A stretch of 64,000 bases of DNA from Eledone cirrhosa (Eukaryota): assembly GCA_964016885.1 (NCBI GenBank), contig OZ024753.1:16058001-16122000 (forward strand), written 5' to 3'. This document shows positions 18,001-31,738 of the stretch, piece after piece (the first letter of the stretch is position 1; the number at the start of each line of letters is the position of its first letter). The position numbers and the translations under genes are program-made. The notes beneath the pieces are model-generated. The model searched no databases, was not told where the DNA came from, and saw only the letters and a list, made by a program, of their open reading frames with translations.

Positions 18001-21000
18001 CATCAACAGGTTTCAGCCCATATCACTGAACTACACATTATCACCTCCATCAACAGGTTTCAGCCTCTATCACTGAACTACACATTATCACCTCCATCAA
18101 CAGGTTTCAGACCCTATCATTGAACTACACATTATCACCTCCATCAACAGGTTGCAGCCCCTATCTCTGAACTACACATTATCTCCTCCATCAACAGGTT
18201 TCAGCCCCTATCATTGAACCACACATTATCACCTCCATCAACAGGTTTCAGCCTCTATCATTGAACTACACATTATCACCTCCATCAACAGGTTGCAGCT
18301 CCTATTACTGAACTACACATTATCACCTCCATCAACAAGTTTCAGCTCCTATCACTGAACTACACATTATCACCTCTATCAACAGGTTGCAGCCCCTATC
18401 ACTGAACTACACATTATCACCTCCATCAACAGGTATCAGCCCGTATCACTGAACTACACATTATCATCTCCATCAACAGGTTGCAGCCCCTATCACTGAT
18501 ATACATATTATCACCTCCATCAACAGGTTTCAGCCCATATCACTGAACTACACATTATCACCTCCATCAACAGGTTTCAGCCTCTATCACTGCACTACAC
18601 ATTATCACCTCCATCAACAGGTTTCAGACCCTATCATTGAACTACACATTATCACCTCCATCAACAGGTTGCAGCCCCTATCTCTGAACTACACATTATC
18701 TCCTCCATCAACAGGTTTCAGCCCCTATCATTGAACCACACATTATCACCTCCATCAACAGGTTTCAGCCTCTATCATTGAACTACATATTATCACCTCC
18801 ATCAACAGGTTGCAGCCACTATCACTGAACTACACATTATCACCTCCATCAACAGGTTTCAACCCCCATCACTGAACTACACATTATCACCTCCATCAAC
18901 AGGTTTCAGCTCCTATCACTGAACTACACATTATCACCTCCATCAACAGGTTTCAGCCCCTATCATTGAACTACACATTATCACCTCCATCAACAGGTTG
19001 CAGCCCCTATCACTGAACTACATATTATCACCTCCATCAACAGGTTTCAGCCCATATCACTGAACTACACATTATCACCTCCATCAACAGGTTTTAGCCC
19101 CTATCACTGAGCTACACATTATCACCTCCATCAACAGGTTTCAGTCCCTATCACTGAACTACACATTATCACCTCCATCAACAGGTTTCAGCCCCTATTA
19201 TTGAACTACACATTATCACCTCCATCAACAGGTTTCAGCCCCTATTATTGAACTACACATTATCGACTCCATCAACAGGTTTCAGCCCCTATCACTTATC
19301 TACACATTATCACCTCAATCAACAGGTTTCAACCCCTATTATTGAACTACACATTATCGCCTCCATCAACAGGTTTCAGCCCCTATCACTGAACTACACA
19401 TTATCACCTCTATCAACAGGTTTCAGCCCCTATCACTGAACTACACATTATCACCTCATTCAACAGGTTTCAACCCCTATTATTGAACTACACATTTTCG
19501 CCTCCATCAACAGGTTTCAGCCCCTATCACTGAACTACACATTATCACCTCAATCAACAGGTTTCAATCCCTATCACTGAACTACACATTATCACCTCCA
19601 TCAAGAGGTCTCAGCCCCTATCATTGAACTACACATTATCACATCCATCGACAGGTTTCAGCTCATATCACTGAACTACATATTATCACCTCCATCAACA
19701 GGTCTCAGCCCCTATCACTGAACTACACATTATCACCTCCATCAACAGGTCTCAGCCCCTATCACTGAACTACACATTATCATTTCCATCAACAGGTTTC
19801 AGCCCCTATCATTGAACTACACATTATCGCCTACATCAACAGGTTTCAGCCCCTATCACTGAACTACACATTATCACCTCCATCAACAGGTATCAGCCCC
19901 TATCACTGAACTACACATTATCACCTCTATCAACAGGTTTCAGCCCCTATCACTGAACTACACATTATCACCTCCATCAACAGGTATCAGCCCCTATCAC
20001 TGAACTACACATTATCACCTCCATCAACAGGTTTCAGCCCCTATCACTGAACTACACATTATCACCTCCATCAACAGGTTTCAGCTCCTATCACTGAACT
20101 ACACATTATCACCTCCATCAATAGGTATCAGCCCCTATCACTGAACTACACATTATCATCTCCATCAACAGGTTTCAGCCCCTATTACTGAACTACACAT
20201 TATCACCTCCATCAACAGGTTTCAGCCCCTATCATTGAACTACACATTATCGCCTACATCAACAGGTTTCAGCCCCTATCACTGAAATACAAATTATCAC
20301 CTTCATCAACTGGTTTCAGCCCCTATCACTGAGCTACACATTATCACCTCCATCAACAAGTTTCAGCTCCTATCACTGAACCACACATTATCGCCTACAT
20401 CAACAGGTTTCAGCCCCTATCACTGAACTACACATTATCACCTCCATCAACAGGTTTCAGCCCCTATCACTGAACTACACATTATCACCTCCATCAACAG
20501 GTTTCAGCCCCTATCACTGAACTACACATTATCACCTCCATCAATAGGTATCAGCCCCTATCACTGAACTACACATTATCACCTCCATCAACAGGTTTCA
20601 GCCCCTATCACTGAACTACACATTATCACCTCCATCAACAGGTTTCAGCCCCTATCACTGAACTACACATTATCACCTCCATCAACAGGTTTCAGCCCCT
20701 ATCACTGAACTACACATTATCACCTCCATCAACAGGTTTCAGCCCCTATCACTGAACTACACATTATCACCTCCATCAACAGGTTTCAGCCCCTATCACT
20801 GAACTACACATTATCACCTCCATCAACAGGTTTCAGCCCCTATCACTGAACTACACATTATCACCTCCATCAACAGGTTTCAGCCCCTATCACTGAACTA
20901 CACATTATCACCTCCATCAACAGGTATCAGCCCCTATCACTGAACTACACATTATCACCTCCATCAATAGGTATCAGCCCCTATCACTGAACTACACATT

Positions 21001-24000
21001 ATCATCTCCATCAACAGGTTTCAGCCCCTATTACTGAACTACACATTATCACCTCCATCAACAGGTTTCAGCTCCTATCACTGAACTAGACATAATCACC
21101 TCCATCAACAGGTATCAGCCCCTATCATTGAACTACATGTTATCACCTCCATCAACAGGTTTGAGCCCCTATCACTGAACTACACATTATCACCTCCATC
21201 AACAGGTTTCAGCTCCTATCACTGAACTACACATTATCACCTCCATCAACAGGTTTCAGCCCCTATCACTGAACTACACATTATCACCTCCATCAACAGG
21301 TATCAGCCCCTATCACTGAACTACACATTATCACCTCCATCAACAGGTTTCAGCTCCTATCACTGAACTACACATTATCACCTCCATCAACAGGTTTCAG
21401 CCCCTATCATTGAACTACACAATATCACCTCCATCAACAGGTTTCAGCCCCTATCACTGAACTACATATTATCACCTCCATCAACAGGTTTCAGCCCATA
21501 TCACTGAACTACACATTATCACCTCCATCAACAGGTTTCAGCCCCTATCACTGAGCTACACATTATCACCTCCATCAACAGGTTTCAGTCCCTATCACTG
21601 AACTACACATTATCACCTCCATCAACAGGTTTCAGCCCCTATTATTGAACTACACATTATCGACTCCATCAACAGGTTTCAGCCCCTATCACTTATCTAC
21701 ACATTATCACCTCAATCAACAGGTTTCAACCCCTATTATTGAACTACACATTATCGCCTCCATCAACAGGTTTCAGCCCCTATCACTGAACTACACATTA
21801 TCACCTCTATCAACAGGTTTCAGCCCCATATCACTGAACTACACATTATCACCTCAATCAACAGGTTTCCACCCCTATTATTGAACTACACATTATCACC
21901 TCCATCAACAGGTTGCAGCCCCTATCACTGAACTACACATTATCACCTCCATCAACAGGTTTCAGCCCCTATCACTGAACTACACATTATCACCTCCATC
22001 AACAGGTTTCAACCCCTATCACTGAACTACACATTATCACCTCCATCAACAGGTTTCAGCCCCTATCACTGAACTACACATTATCACCTCCATCGACAGG
22101 TTTCAGCCCCTATTACTGAACTACACATTATCACCTCCATCAACAGGTTTCAGCCCCTATCGTTGAACTACACATTATCACCTCCATCAACAGGTTGCAG
22201 CCCCTATCACTGAACTACACATTATCACCTCCATCAACAGGTTTCAACCCCCATCACTGAACTACACATTATCACCTCCATCAACAGGTTTCGACCCCTA
22301 TCACTGAACTACACATTATCACCTCCATCAACAGGTTTCAACCCCTATCACTGAACTACACATTATCACCTCCATCAACAGGTTTCAGCCCCTATCACTT
22401 AACTACACATTATCACCTCCATCAACAGTTTTCAGCCCCTATCACTGAACTACACATTATCACCTCCATCAACAGTTTTCAATCCCTATCACTGAACTAC
22501 ACATTATCACCTCCCTCAACAGGTTTCAGACCCTATCACTGAACTACACATTATCACCTCCATCAACAGGTTTCAGCCCCTATCACTGAACTACACATTA
22601 TCACCTCCATCAACAGGTTTCAACACCTATCACTGAACTACACATTATCACCTCCATCAACAGGTATCAGCCCCTACCACTGAACTACACATTATCACCT
22701 CCATCAACAGGTATCAGCCCCTGTCACTGAACTACACATTATCACATCCATCAACAGGCTTCAGTCCCTATCACTGAACTACACATTATCACCTCCATCA
22801 ACAGGTTTCAGCCCCTATCACTGAACTACACATTATCACCTCCATCAACAGGTTTCAGCCACTGTCACTGAACTACACATTATCATATCCATCAACAGGT
22901 TTCAGTCCCTATCACTGACCTACACATTATCACCTCCATCAACACGTTTCAGCCCCTATCACTGAACTACACATTATCACCTCCATCAACAGGTTTCAGC
23001 CCCTGTCACTGAACTACACATTATCACATCCCTCAACAGGTTTCAGTTCCTATCACTGAACTACACATTATCACCTCCATCAACAGGTTTCAGTCCCTAT
23101 CACTGAACTACACATTATCACCTCCATCAACAGGTTTCAGCCCCTATCACTGAACTACACATTATCACCTCCATCAACAGGTTTCAGCCCCTATCACTGA
23201 ACTACACATTATCACCTCCATCAACAGGTTTCAGCCCCTATCACTGAACTACACATTATCACCTCCATCAATAGGTTTCCAGCCCCTATCACTGAACTAC
23301 ACATTATCATCTCCATCAACAGGTTTCAGCCCCTTTCACTGAACTACACATTATCACCTCCATCAACAGGTTGCAGCCCCTATCACTGAACTACACATTA
23401 TCACCTCCATCAACAGGTTTCAGCCCCTATCACTGAACTACACATTATCACCTCCATCAACAGGTTTCAACCCCTATCACTGAACTACACATTATCACCT
23501 CCATCAACAGGTTTCAGCCCCTATCACTGAACTACACATTATCACCTCCATCGACAGGTTTCAGCCCCTATTACTGAACTACACATTATCACCTCCATCA
23601 ACAGGTTTCAGCCCCTATCGTTGAACTACACATTATCACCTCCATCAACAGGTTGCAGCCCCTATCACTGAACTACACATTATCACCTCCATCAACAGGT
23701 TTCAACCCCCATCACTGAACTACACATTATCACCTCCATCAACAGGTTTCGACCCCTATCACTGAACTACACATTATCACCTCCATCAACAGGTTTCAAC
23801 CCCTATCACTGAACTACACATTATCACCTCCATCAACAGGTTTCAGCCCCTATCACTTAACTACACATTATCACCTCCATCAACAGTTTTCAGCCCCTAT
23901 CACTGAACTACACATTATCACCTCCATCAACAGTTTTCAATCCCTATCACTGAACTACACATTATCACCTCCCTCAACAGGTTTCAGACCCTATCACTGA

Positions 24001-24890
24001 ACTACACATTATCACCTCCATCAACAGGTTTCAGCCCCTATCACTGAACTACACATTATCACCTCCATCAACAGGTTTCAACACCTATCACTGAACTACA
24101 CATTATCACCTCCATCAACAGGTATCAGCCCCTACCACTGAACTACACATTATCACCTCCATCAACAGGTATCAGCCCCTGTCACTGAACTACACATTAT
24201 CACATCCATCAACAGGCTTCAGTCCCTATCACTGAACTACACATTATCACCTCCATCAACAGGTTTCAGCCCCTATCACTGAACTACACATTATCACCTC
24301 CATCAACAGGTTTCAGCCACTGTCACTGAACTACACATTATCATATCCATCAACAGGTTTCAGTCCCTATCACTGACCTACACATTATCACCTCCATCAA
24401 CACGTTTCAGCCCCTATCACTGAACTACACATTATCACCTCCATCAACAGGTTTCAGCCCCTGTCACTGAACTACACATTATCACATCCCTCAACAGGTT
24501 TCAGTTCCTATCACTGAACTACACATTATCACCTCCATCAACAGGTTTCAGTCCCTATCACTGAACTACACATTATCACCTCCATCAACAGGTTTCAGCC
24601 CCTATCACTGAACTACACATTATCACCTCCATCAACAGGTTTCAGCCCCTATCACTGAACTACACATTATCACCTCCATCAACAGGTTTCAGCCCCTATC
24701 ACTGAACTACACATTATCACCTCCATCAATAGGTTTCCAGCCCCTATCACTGAACTACACATTATCATCTCCATCAACAGGTTTCAGCCCCTTTCACTGA
24801 ACTACACATTATCACCTCCATCAACAGGTTTCAGCCCCTATCACTGAACTACACATTATCACCTCCATCAACAGGTTTCAGTCCCTATCA
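1..24890. repeat. 47-bp tandem satellite, about 530 copies, running off the left edge; consensus CTATCACTGAACTACACATTATCACCTCCATCAACAGGTTTCAGCCC
   Basis: TACACATT recurs at 1, 48 and onward with period 47; scattered point variants; no unique spacers. Confidence 0.99.
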
Positions 24891-24993
24891 TCACAACTTC
24901 TCTTCATTACACAACTCTTTCATTTCAAATTTACTTATGAGGATTGGCTGAAAATTTCATAGGCCTACTATGAAGGATAACTGTGAAATCTTG

Positions 24994-25174
24994 TTGGCAG
25001 TATTGTTAGAGGGCTGGACACCATACTTTGTAGTATAGTGTTACGGCCCTTTATGGTCAAAGTTTAAATCCCGCCGTGGCTAACTTTGCCTTTCATCCTT
25101 ACTGTGTTGATAAAATAAAGTACCGGTAATGCACTAGAGTAATTGCTGGCCTTGTACCAAAAAGTAGAAACAAT
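24994..25174 (+). mobile_element. tRNA-derived SINE, family A (diverged copy)
   Basis: TTGGCAGTATTG..AGA head, GTTTAAATCCC box-B-like motif, GCCTTTCATCCTT..GATAAAATAAAGTACC core and GGCCTTGT.CCAAAAAGTAGAAACAAT tail shared with other copies. Confidence 0.85.
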
Positions 25175-25808
25175 TTCAACACTTCTTATTTATAACTGCA
25201 TTCTTTCTTTCTAGACTATGTAGTATTCAAGATAACTGTGTTTATATTTTATTACCGCTATTGTATTATTTCAGATGGATACCATGCCTGAGGTTTGTTG
25301 GTTATTTCTTTTCCCTTCTTTCATTCATTCTCTCTCCCCATCCTCTTACTGCTTCTTTTCTTTCCATCTCCCTTATCCTACCTGCCACTCCTACTCGTCA
25401 CTTTCGCTTACTACTACCACCACCACACACAGAGCCATTATTGTTGCCTTTTCTTACAGCAATCTCTCTCTGACATGTCTGTCTGTCTGTCTAATCTGTT
25501 CATTCCTCACACAAACATCATACCAACAGAGATATTTATTTTTCCATTGTACAAATTTTATGTGGTACTCTTAGTTAAATCATCAAAACCACAGGTGGTC
25601 TAAAAGCTGATGAGAGTATTTAGATGTTTGTGTGATCTTCTCTCACCTCTTTTCTTTCTTTTATCCTCTCTTCCTATCACTTCTGTGGGACAACACACCT
25701 CTAGCCATTGATTTCTATCCTTTATGGTAAATTTTACATGACGCCGTCATTGATGTCATTTTGCTGTTTTAACAGCCTCCTTGTGTTGAGTTTTTCCCAT
25801 TATTCTCC

Positions 25809-25886
25809 GGATTTGAACTCAGAACATAAAGGGCCATAACTCTATGCTGCAAAGCATGGTGTCTGACACTCTACCGATACTGCCAA
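25809..25886 (-). mobile_element. SINE family A 5' fragment
   Basis: GGATTTGAACTCAGAAC...CTCTACCGATACTGCCAA is the reverse complement of the family A head. Confidence 0.75.
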
Positions 25887-26070
25887 TAATAAAAAAATAA
25901 ATCAAACTAGGTAAAAATAGTGAGAAAGTTCAACTTAAAATTATATATATAGAGGTTCCTTCATAGGAGAGAGGCACCCATATAGAACAAGTAGATAATA
26001 ATCAAAGAAATTTAAGAATTCCAACTGTTAAACAAGAATGACATTTTATGTATGTATGTGTGTGTGCATA

Positions 26071-26904
26071 TCTGTATATATATAAAATTAAGTATGTGTG
26101 TGTGTGTCTGTATGTCTGTGTATTACCTATAGGGGCCTACATCTTACGATCGATTTTCATGAAACTTTACAGGCTCATAGATTAGTCATCGGGGAGTGTT
26201 TTCTATATATCAGCGTACCGTTTTTTTTAAATTTCAGGGTCATTCTGCAGATAAAAATCGATAGGGGGGGGGGTCACCTTTTTTTAGGTATTGAAAAATA
26301 AGATTTTGGGCTCTTGCTCCCACATTTTGGTACCAATTTCGTTCAAATTTTCAAGCAAAATAGAATTTATCATTGCACATCATGTAATGGCTTTATATTT
26401 TGGATTTTTTCTTCAGTAACGGCGTGGCACCCGCTTAAATATGCTCAAATTTCCACCTTTTTTGGGCTCTAGCTCCCACATTTTTCAACCGATTTCGTTC
26501 AAATTCGAAACTTCGGCTCCACCTCACACATAAATCAATTTATTAGGTTCAACTTTTATACTACGATAGAACCTATCATTGCACATCTTATAGATGGTCA
26601 AAGTCAAAATGATGACCACTGACGTCGTCTGAGCTTTTAGTTGTGTATTTGAGAATTCATCGGTTTCCAGATAAGTAGCGTGAGGAAATTTGACTTAGTG
26701 TTAGAGGTCATTACCTCCCTCCCCCAGCATGCCCCTTCGTCAGTCACCCACGTTTCTCAGTGATAGAGATCATCACCACCCTTCCCCGCATGGCCTGTGT
26801 GTGGCCATAGATGAGTCATCGAGAAGCAGTCGCTAAGATCAACACCTTTTCATCAAAGCAGATATTATTTTACCTACCCAAGCAACGCTGGGTACTGCTG
26901 CTAG
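26071..26904 (+). mobile_element. Non-autonomous Helitron
   Basis: 5' TCTGTATATATATAAAA; 3' hairpin CCCAAGC-AAC-GCTGGG 8 nt before terminal CTAG; inserted between A and T; no TSD. Confidence 0.85.
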
Positions 26905-26973
26905 TATATATATACATATATAGTGAAAGAGTGAAGAATAACATGGTCAACAGTACAAGAAGGGTTTTATTTA

Positions 26974-27084
26974 CAGTATTAACAATTGTTTCATTGATTA
27001 AGTTGTCTTAAAATTGCTAATCACTTGAAGTTGTGTCACTCAATTTTAAATACAATGCATGCTTAACCAAATCATCAGTTACAT
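26974..27084 (-). ncRNA. Degenerate type I hammerhead ribozyme with long stem II
   Basis: Minus strand: CTGATGA-T-TTGGTTAAG...CTTAATCAA-T-GAAA-CAATTG-TT; 9-bp stem II, palindromic stem III, poor stem I. Confidence 0.5.
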
Positions 27085-27228
27085 AAGAATTCCAGAGAAC
27101 TCACAAACTCGCTACCTAAGGAAACCTCTTGTTGAGTCAAACAACACTGTACGCTAAAACTATCCACAATATGGAGTATTCACAACCTCTAACTGGATTA
27201 CCTATAACGATAACTTGTTATCCCTTAT

Positions 27229-27263
<35 letters not shown>

Positions 27264-27328
27264 ACCTTTGGGGTAATACTAGAGAGATAATTGATTGGTT
27301 CTCAACTATTGGTAATAAGTCTGAATAG

Positions 27329-28912
27329 TTTATACAATTTGACATTAACTCTTATTATACATCCATCTCTCCTATTTTATTAAATAAGACTCTTATTATG
27401 GCCTTAACTAGATACCAAGTATGCCTAATTCTAGCAGCCCGTAAAACTATCATCAAATTTGAAGATCAATTATGGACTCGTAAGAATACATTGATTTAGT
27501 TAGATTGTACCTTTTAAATGAAATTCATAAGGCTTTACCATACCTGAAGGGTGGATTATATCGCGATGATGCTATATTTACTTTAGATTATAAAAAATAT
27601 AAAATTGAAAGAACAAAGAAGGAACTACATAAATTCTTCAAAGATTTTAACCTAAGTATTACTTGAGATAAGAACATCAAAACAGTTAATTTCCTTGATG
27701 TTACCCTTTGCTTTGATTCTAAAACCTTTACACCTTAACATAAACCTAATGAAAAACTTGTTTATGTTCATACCAATTCTAACCACCCGAGATCTGTCTT
27801 CAACTCAATTATCCAAGGTGTATCTAATACAATTAGTAATTTATCTTATGAAGTTATCTTTAACCAAAATGTTCATTATTATAATTGTTTGTACTTTAGG
27901 CACAAGGCCAGCAATTACCCAGTGCATTACTGGTACTTTATTTTATCGACCCGGTAAGGATGAAAGGCAAAGTCAATCTCGGCGGGATTTGAACTCAGAT
28001 CGTAAAGGGACGTAACTATGCTGGAAAGCATGGCGTCCGACCCTCTACCGATACTGCCAATCCACCGCCCTGTTCATTATTATAATGAAGCTTTATCACG
28101 TTCTGGCTATAAAAATAAAATTAAGTTTATGCCTAAAAACTCTTTTTCTGACTGTAATAAACAACCTAATATTATTTCACACAATATGGCTATGAAAAAT
28201 CCTACAAATATTCAAACTAATAAAGGTAGTAATATTATTGATTGTAACAGTGGATTAAATAATGATATGCACCCCTCTACAGTTCCTCTCAGTAATAATA
28301 AAAAATATCTTAAAGATAAGAAAAATATTGTGAATAAAAAGCATAGTATATTCACTAAACCTAACATCTGTAATACTAAACATAGTACTGAAGGTAATAA
28401 TCATAAGGATACACTTATTAGTAACAAAAAAAGTAAAAAGAATAGAAGAAGGCTCAATTCATACTTTAATCCACCCTTCAATTTAAATGTTTCTACTAAT
28501 ATACCTACAGTATTCTTCTCTATTATTGAAAAAAATGTCCCACTTGATCACAAATACCATAATTTGATTAATAAAAGTACCATTAAAATATCTTACTCTA
28601 CCACACCTAACATTGCTAATCACATCGCGAGTAGTAATAACAAGAAAATTAGTAAATATTTTTCTTCTTATAACTTGAATAACAATTCACAACCAGTTTA
28701 TATGCTTAACAATATTGTACCTAATAATACTAGTAGCCACTCTCATAACACATTAATTTCAAGGACTTATAGGAATAATAATAACAATTCTAACACTCAT
28801 TTGTCTAACTCTAATAACTCTTCACATCTTTACCCTCAAATCAATAGTTATAATTGTAATTGTAGGCCTAATAATGTATGCCTTCTTAATAGAAATTGCT
28901 TTGTTAAGAATA
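27329..28912 (+). pseudogene. Penelope-like reverse transcriptase and linker, disrupted
   Basis: YRDD motif; in-frame TGA (~27664) and TAA (~27736); split by the SINE at 27886-28070; ORF 28018-28965 is SINE-Penelope-CR1 chimeric. Confidence 0.88.
27886..28070 (-). mobile_element. Full-length SINE family A inserted in the Penelope ORF
   Basis: 16-bp TSD TGTTCATTATTATAAT at 27870-27885 and 28071-28086. Confidence 0.92.
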
Positions 28913-29973
28913 TGAGACGTCATCTGGGGTACCACAGGGATCTGTTCTTGGCCCCCTTTTGTTAGTTGCATATATTAATGACATAGATGCCAACTTAAAG
29001 AATGCCACAGTACTGGAATATGCAGATGACATCAAGCTGTACCTTGAGATAAAAAGGGCAGATCCTGGACACTTTAGATCTTTCCTGCAATCTGACCTGG
29101 AAACAATGCATCACAGACTGGCAACTGAAGCTGGCTGTGGACAAGTGTACCACCATGCATTTTGGGAGTAAAAACCCAGCATCCACATACTCCCTCCACA
29201 ACACTAATATCAAGAAGTCTTCTCGTGAACGTGACCTGGGCATTACGGTCAGCAGTGATTTGCGTTGGACAAAGCACGTCTCTAAAATTATCAAGAAGGC
29301 TGAGGGTGTCTTAGCATCACTCAGCAAGACCTTTGTCAACCGCTCTCCAGCTATCTATTTAAAGCTGTATATAGATATGGTGTGGCCACACTTAGAATTT
29401 GCATCACCAGTGTGGAACCCCTATCTTGCTCAGAATATTGACTGCCTGGAAACTGTTCAGAGACGTGCAACCAAGCGAATACCCTCCATCGGGCATCTAC
29501 CATACTCTGAAAGCCTTGCTCCCCTGGGCATGGATACATTGAAGCTCCGACGTCTGGCAACTGACTTGGTAAACACCCACAAAATTATTAATCATCTTGC
29601 CAACAACAAAGCTGAGAACCTATTTGATTTCCATGTGTCTAACACACGTGGGCATGCCCACAAAGTCATAAAACAGCACAACTCCCATGACTTTCGGAAA
29701 CATTTTTTCATGCTCAGAGTTGCTGAAGCATGGAACAAACTACCTGCATCAGTTATTAGCTGTCGAGACACTGCATCCTTTAAAACCTCCATGCTTGCTG
29801 AGATTCGCCAACACTACACCTAATATTCCCCCTCCATACACACGCACATATGTATATCATGACTCATACACTATTCACTTCCCTGACATTTGTATATTAT
29901 TCTATGTACTATAAATGCACCTTTGATGAGTTGTAGTGCACCTGAGCACTGTACACAATAATTTCATTATTAT
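28913..29973 (+). mobile_element. 5'-truncated CR1-group LINE (RT C-terminal half, 3' UTR stem-loop, (ATT)n tail) nested in the Penelope element
   Basis: SGVPQGSVLGP, YADDIKLY, KC..MHFG, ERDLGI, LEFASPVWNP, LETVQRRATK, TRGH..K, FF..RV...WN.LP; GTGC-ACCTGA-GCAC hairpin before the tail; frameshifted. Confidence 0.92.
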
Positions 29974-30320
29974 TATTATTTATTCCTGCACTGTCACAAC
30001 TTCTAGCAACTCCAAAACCTATATCGGTTCTACATCGGATAGTTTCAAGATGAGGTATAATTCCCATCTTCATGCTTTCAAGAACTCTAAGCTTAAACAC
30101 ACAACTTCTTTATCTAGTTTCATATCATTTCTGAAGAGTAATAATACACCTTACAACCTGACCTGGGATGTGATTGAAAAAGCTTCTTATAAACCTCCCA
30201 ATAAATTTTGTAACCTTTGCCTTCTTGAGTCCCATACTATTATTTATTCTAAATTAAATTTACTAAATAGGAAATCTGAAATTTTTTCCACTTGTCGTCA
30301 TATTAATCCCCATTATTTTT
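29974..30320 (+). pseudogene. GIY-YIG endonuclease domain of the Penelope-like element
   Basis: IIYSCTVT...KTYIGSTSDSFKMRYNSH...TSLS...CNLCLLE...LN; continues the frame NCFVKN that ends at 28912. Confidence 0.9.
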
Positions 30321-30330
30321 ACTATTTTAC

Positions 30331-30426
30331 GCCGAGGTTAACTTTGCCTTTCATCCTTACGGGGTCGATAAAATAAAGTACCAGTAATGCACTGGGTAAT
30401 TGCTGGCCTTGTGCCAAAAGTAGAAA
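30331..30426 (+). mobile_element. 5'-truncated SINE family A
   Basis: Core and tail match; TSD ATTATTTTTACTATTTTAC on both sides. Confidence 0.88.
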
Positions 30427-30960
30427 ATTATTTTTACTATTTTACTATTTTAAACCTATTTTAAACCTAGTAACTAACTTAAACCAATGTAGATTTATAC
30501 CTTATGTTTTTAGTAACATTAGTATCATTGCATTCTTCTTACATTCCCCTTCTCATCCCTTCGATTATGATTACAATTTATTATAACCACCTCTTCACAT
30601 TTAGGCATCTTATTATTATTTTATTATATTATTTTTTAAATAATTCTTTAGTTCTATAATCATTAGTCCTAAATAAATTTTTTAAGTCATTACATATTGA
30701 CTTTATTATTCCATTTAATAATTTGTAACTCTTATAAAATGCTTTATATGATTAACTCCCTTTTATTTTTTAATTTGTATTAACCATCATTTAAGGATAA
30801 ATGTTCAACTCTATGTTAAGATGGAGTTATTTATGCTTCTGCATATATGACTTTCTCCCCTCTATTCAAATATGTGCTGCTTTTTCCGATGATAACACTT
30901 AATCTATATTGGATTTTTACTTTACTGCTTATATTTACTCAACGTTAATTCTTTTGAATG

Positions 30961-31059
30961 GCCGAGGTTAACTTTGCCTTTCATCCTTTCGAGGTCGATA
31001 AAATAAAGTACCAGTAATGCACTGGGTAATTGCTGGCCTTGTGCCAAAAGTAGAAACAA
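30961..31059 (+). mobile_element. 5'-truncated SINE family A
   Basis: Core and tail match; TSD TTAATTCTTTTGAATGG. Confidence 0.88.
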
Positions 31060-31094
31060 TTAATTCTTTTGAATGGTTTAATTAATAATAATAA

Positions 31095-31277
31095 TTTCTA
31101 GTTTTGGCACAAAGCCAGCAAATTACCCCAGTGCATTACTGGTATTTTCTCAACCCTTTAAGGTCGAAAGGCAAAGTTAGCCTCAGTGGGATTTGAACTC
31201 AGAACGTAATGGGCCGTAACTCTATGCTGCAATGCATGGTGTCTGACAATCTACCGATACTGCCAAACCATCGTCCT
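31095..31277 (-). mobile_element. SINE family A
   Basis: Reverse-complement match; flanked by TTAATTAATAATAAT repeats. Confidence 0.85.
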
Positions 31278-31359
31278 TTAATTAATAATAATTATACTAA
31301 CCTATATTTGATCTTTAATTTGTTGAGTATACTTATTCAACATTATTGCCTTTGAATGG

Positions 31360-31535
31360 GGGGGGGAGGTGGATTGGCAGTATTGGTAGAGGGTCGCATA
31401 GAGTTACGGCCCTTGCCATTCTGAGTTCAAATCCCACCGAGGTTAACTTTTCCTTTCATCCTTACTGGGTCAATAAAACAAAGTACCAGTAATACACTAG
31501 GTTAATTGCTGGCCTTGTGCCAAAGGTAGAAACAA
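31360..31535 (+). mobile_element. SINE family A
   Basis: GGTGGATTGGCAGTATTGGTAGAG head, GAGTTCAAATCCC box B; TSD ATTATTGCCTTTGAA. Confidence 0.88.
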
Positions 31536-31551
31536 TTATTGCCTTTGAAAT

Positions 31552-31738
31552 GTTTCTACTTTTGGCACAAGGCCAGCAAATACCCAGTGTATTACTGGTA
31601 CTTTATTTTATCGACCCCCATAAGGATGAAAGGCAAAGTTAACCTCGGCGGGATTTGAACTCAGAATGGCAAGGGCTGTAACTCTATGCGTCAAAGCATG
31701 GCGTCCGACCCTCTACTGATACTGCCAATCCACCGCCC
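31552..31738 (-). mobile_element. SINE family A, tail-to-tail with the previous copy
   Basis: Full-length reverse-complement match ending CCAATCCACCGCCC. Confidence 0.88.

Noticed and set aside
1-24890. CRISPR array or repetitive protein gene (ORFs at 9417, 12490, 19248, 21645)
   Set aside because: Contiguous 47-bp units with no unique spacers and no cas genes; the period is not a multiple of 3 and ORFs appear only where variants remove the recurring TGA
25275-25292. Candidate 18-nt micro-exon (TTATTTCAG ... GAG/GTTTGT)
   Set aside because: Splice-like signals are common in AT-rich DNA and there is no supporting coding context
25580-25620. Possible type II hammerhead: AAAA-CCAC-AG-GTGG-TC-TAAAAG-CTGATGA
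   Set aside because: Stem III is good but G12 is missing, stem I cannot form and stem II has 2 bp
27661-27670. In-frame TGA in the Penelope RT as selenocysteine, as reported for Naiad PLEs
   Set aside because: The same frame has a TAA and other lesions, the endonuclease is C-terminal unlike Naiad, and no SECIS was recognised
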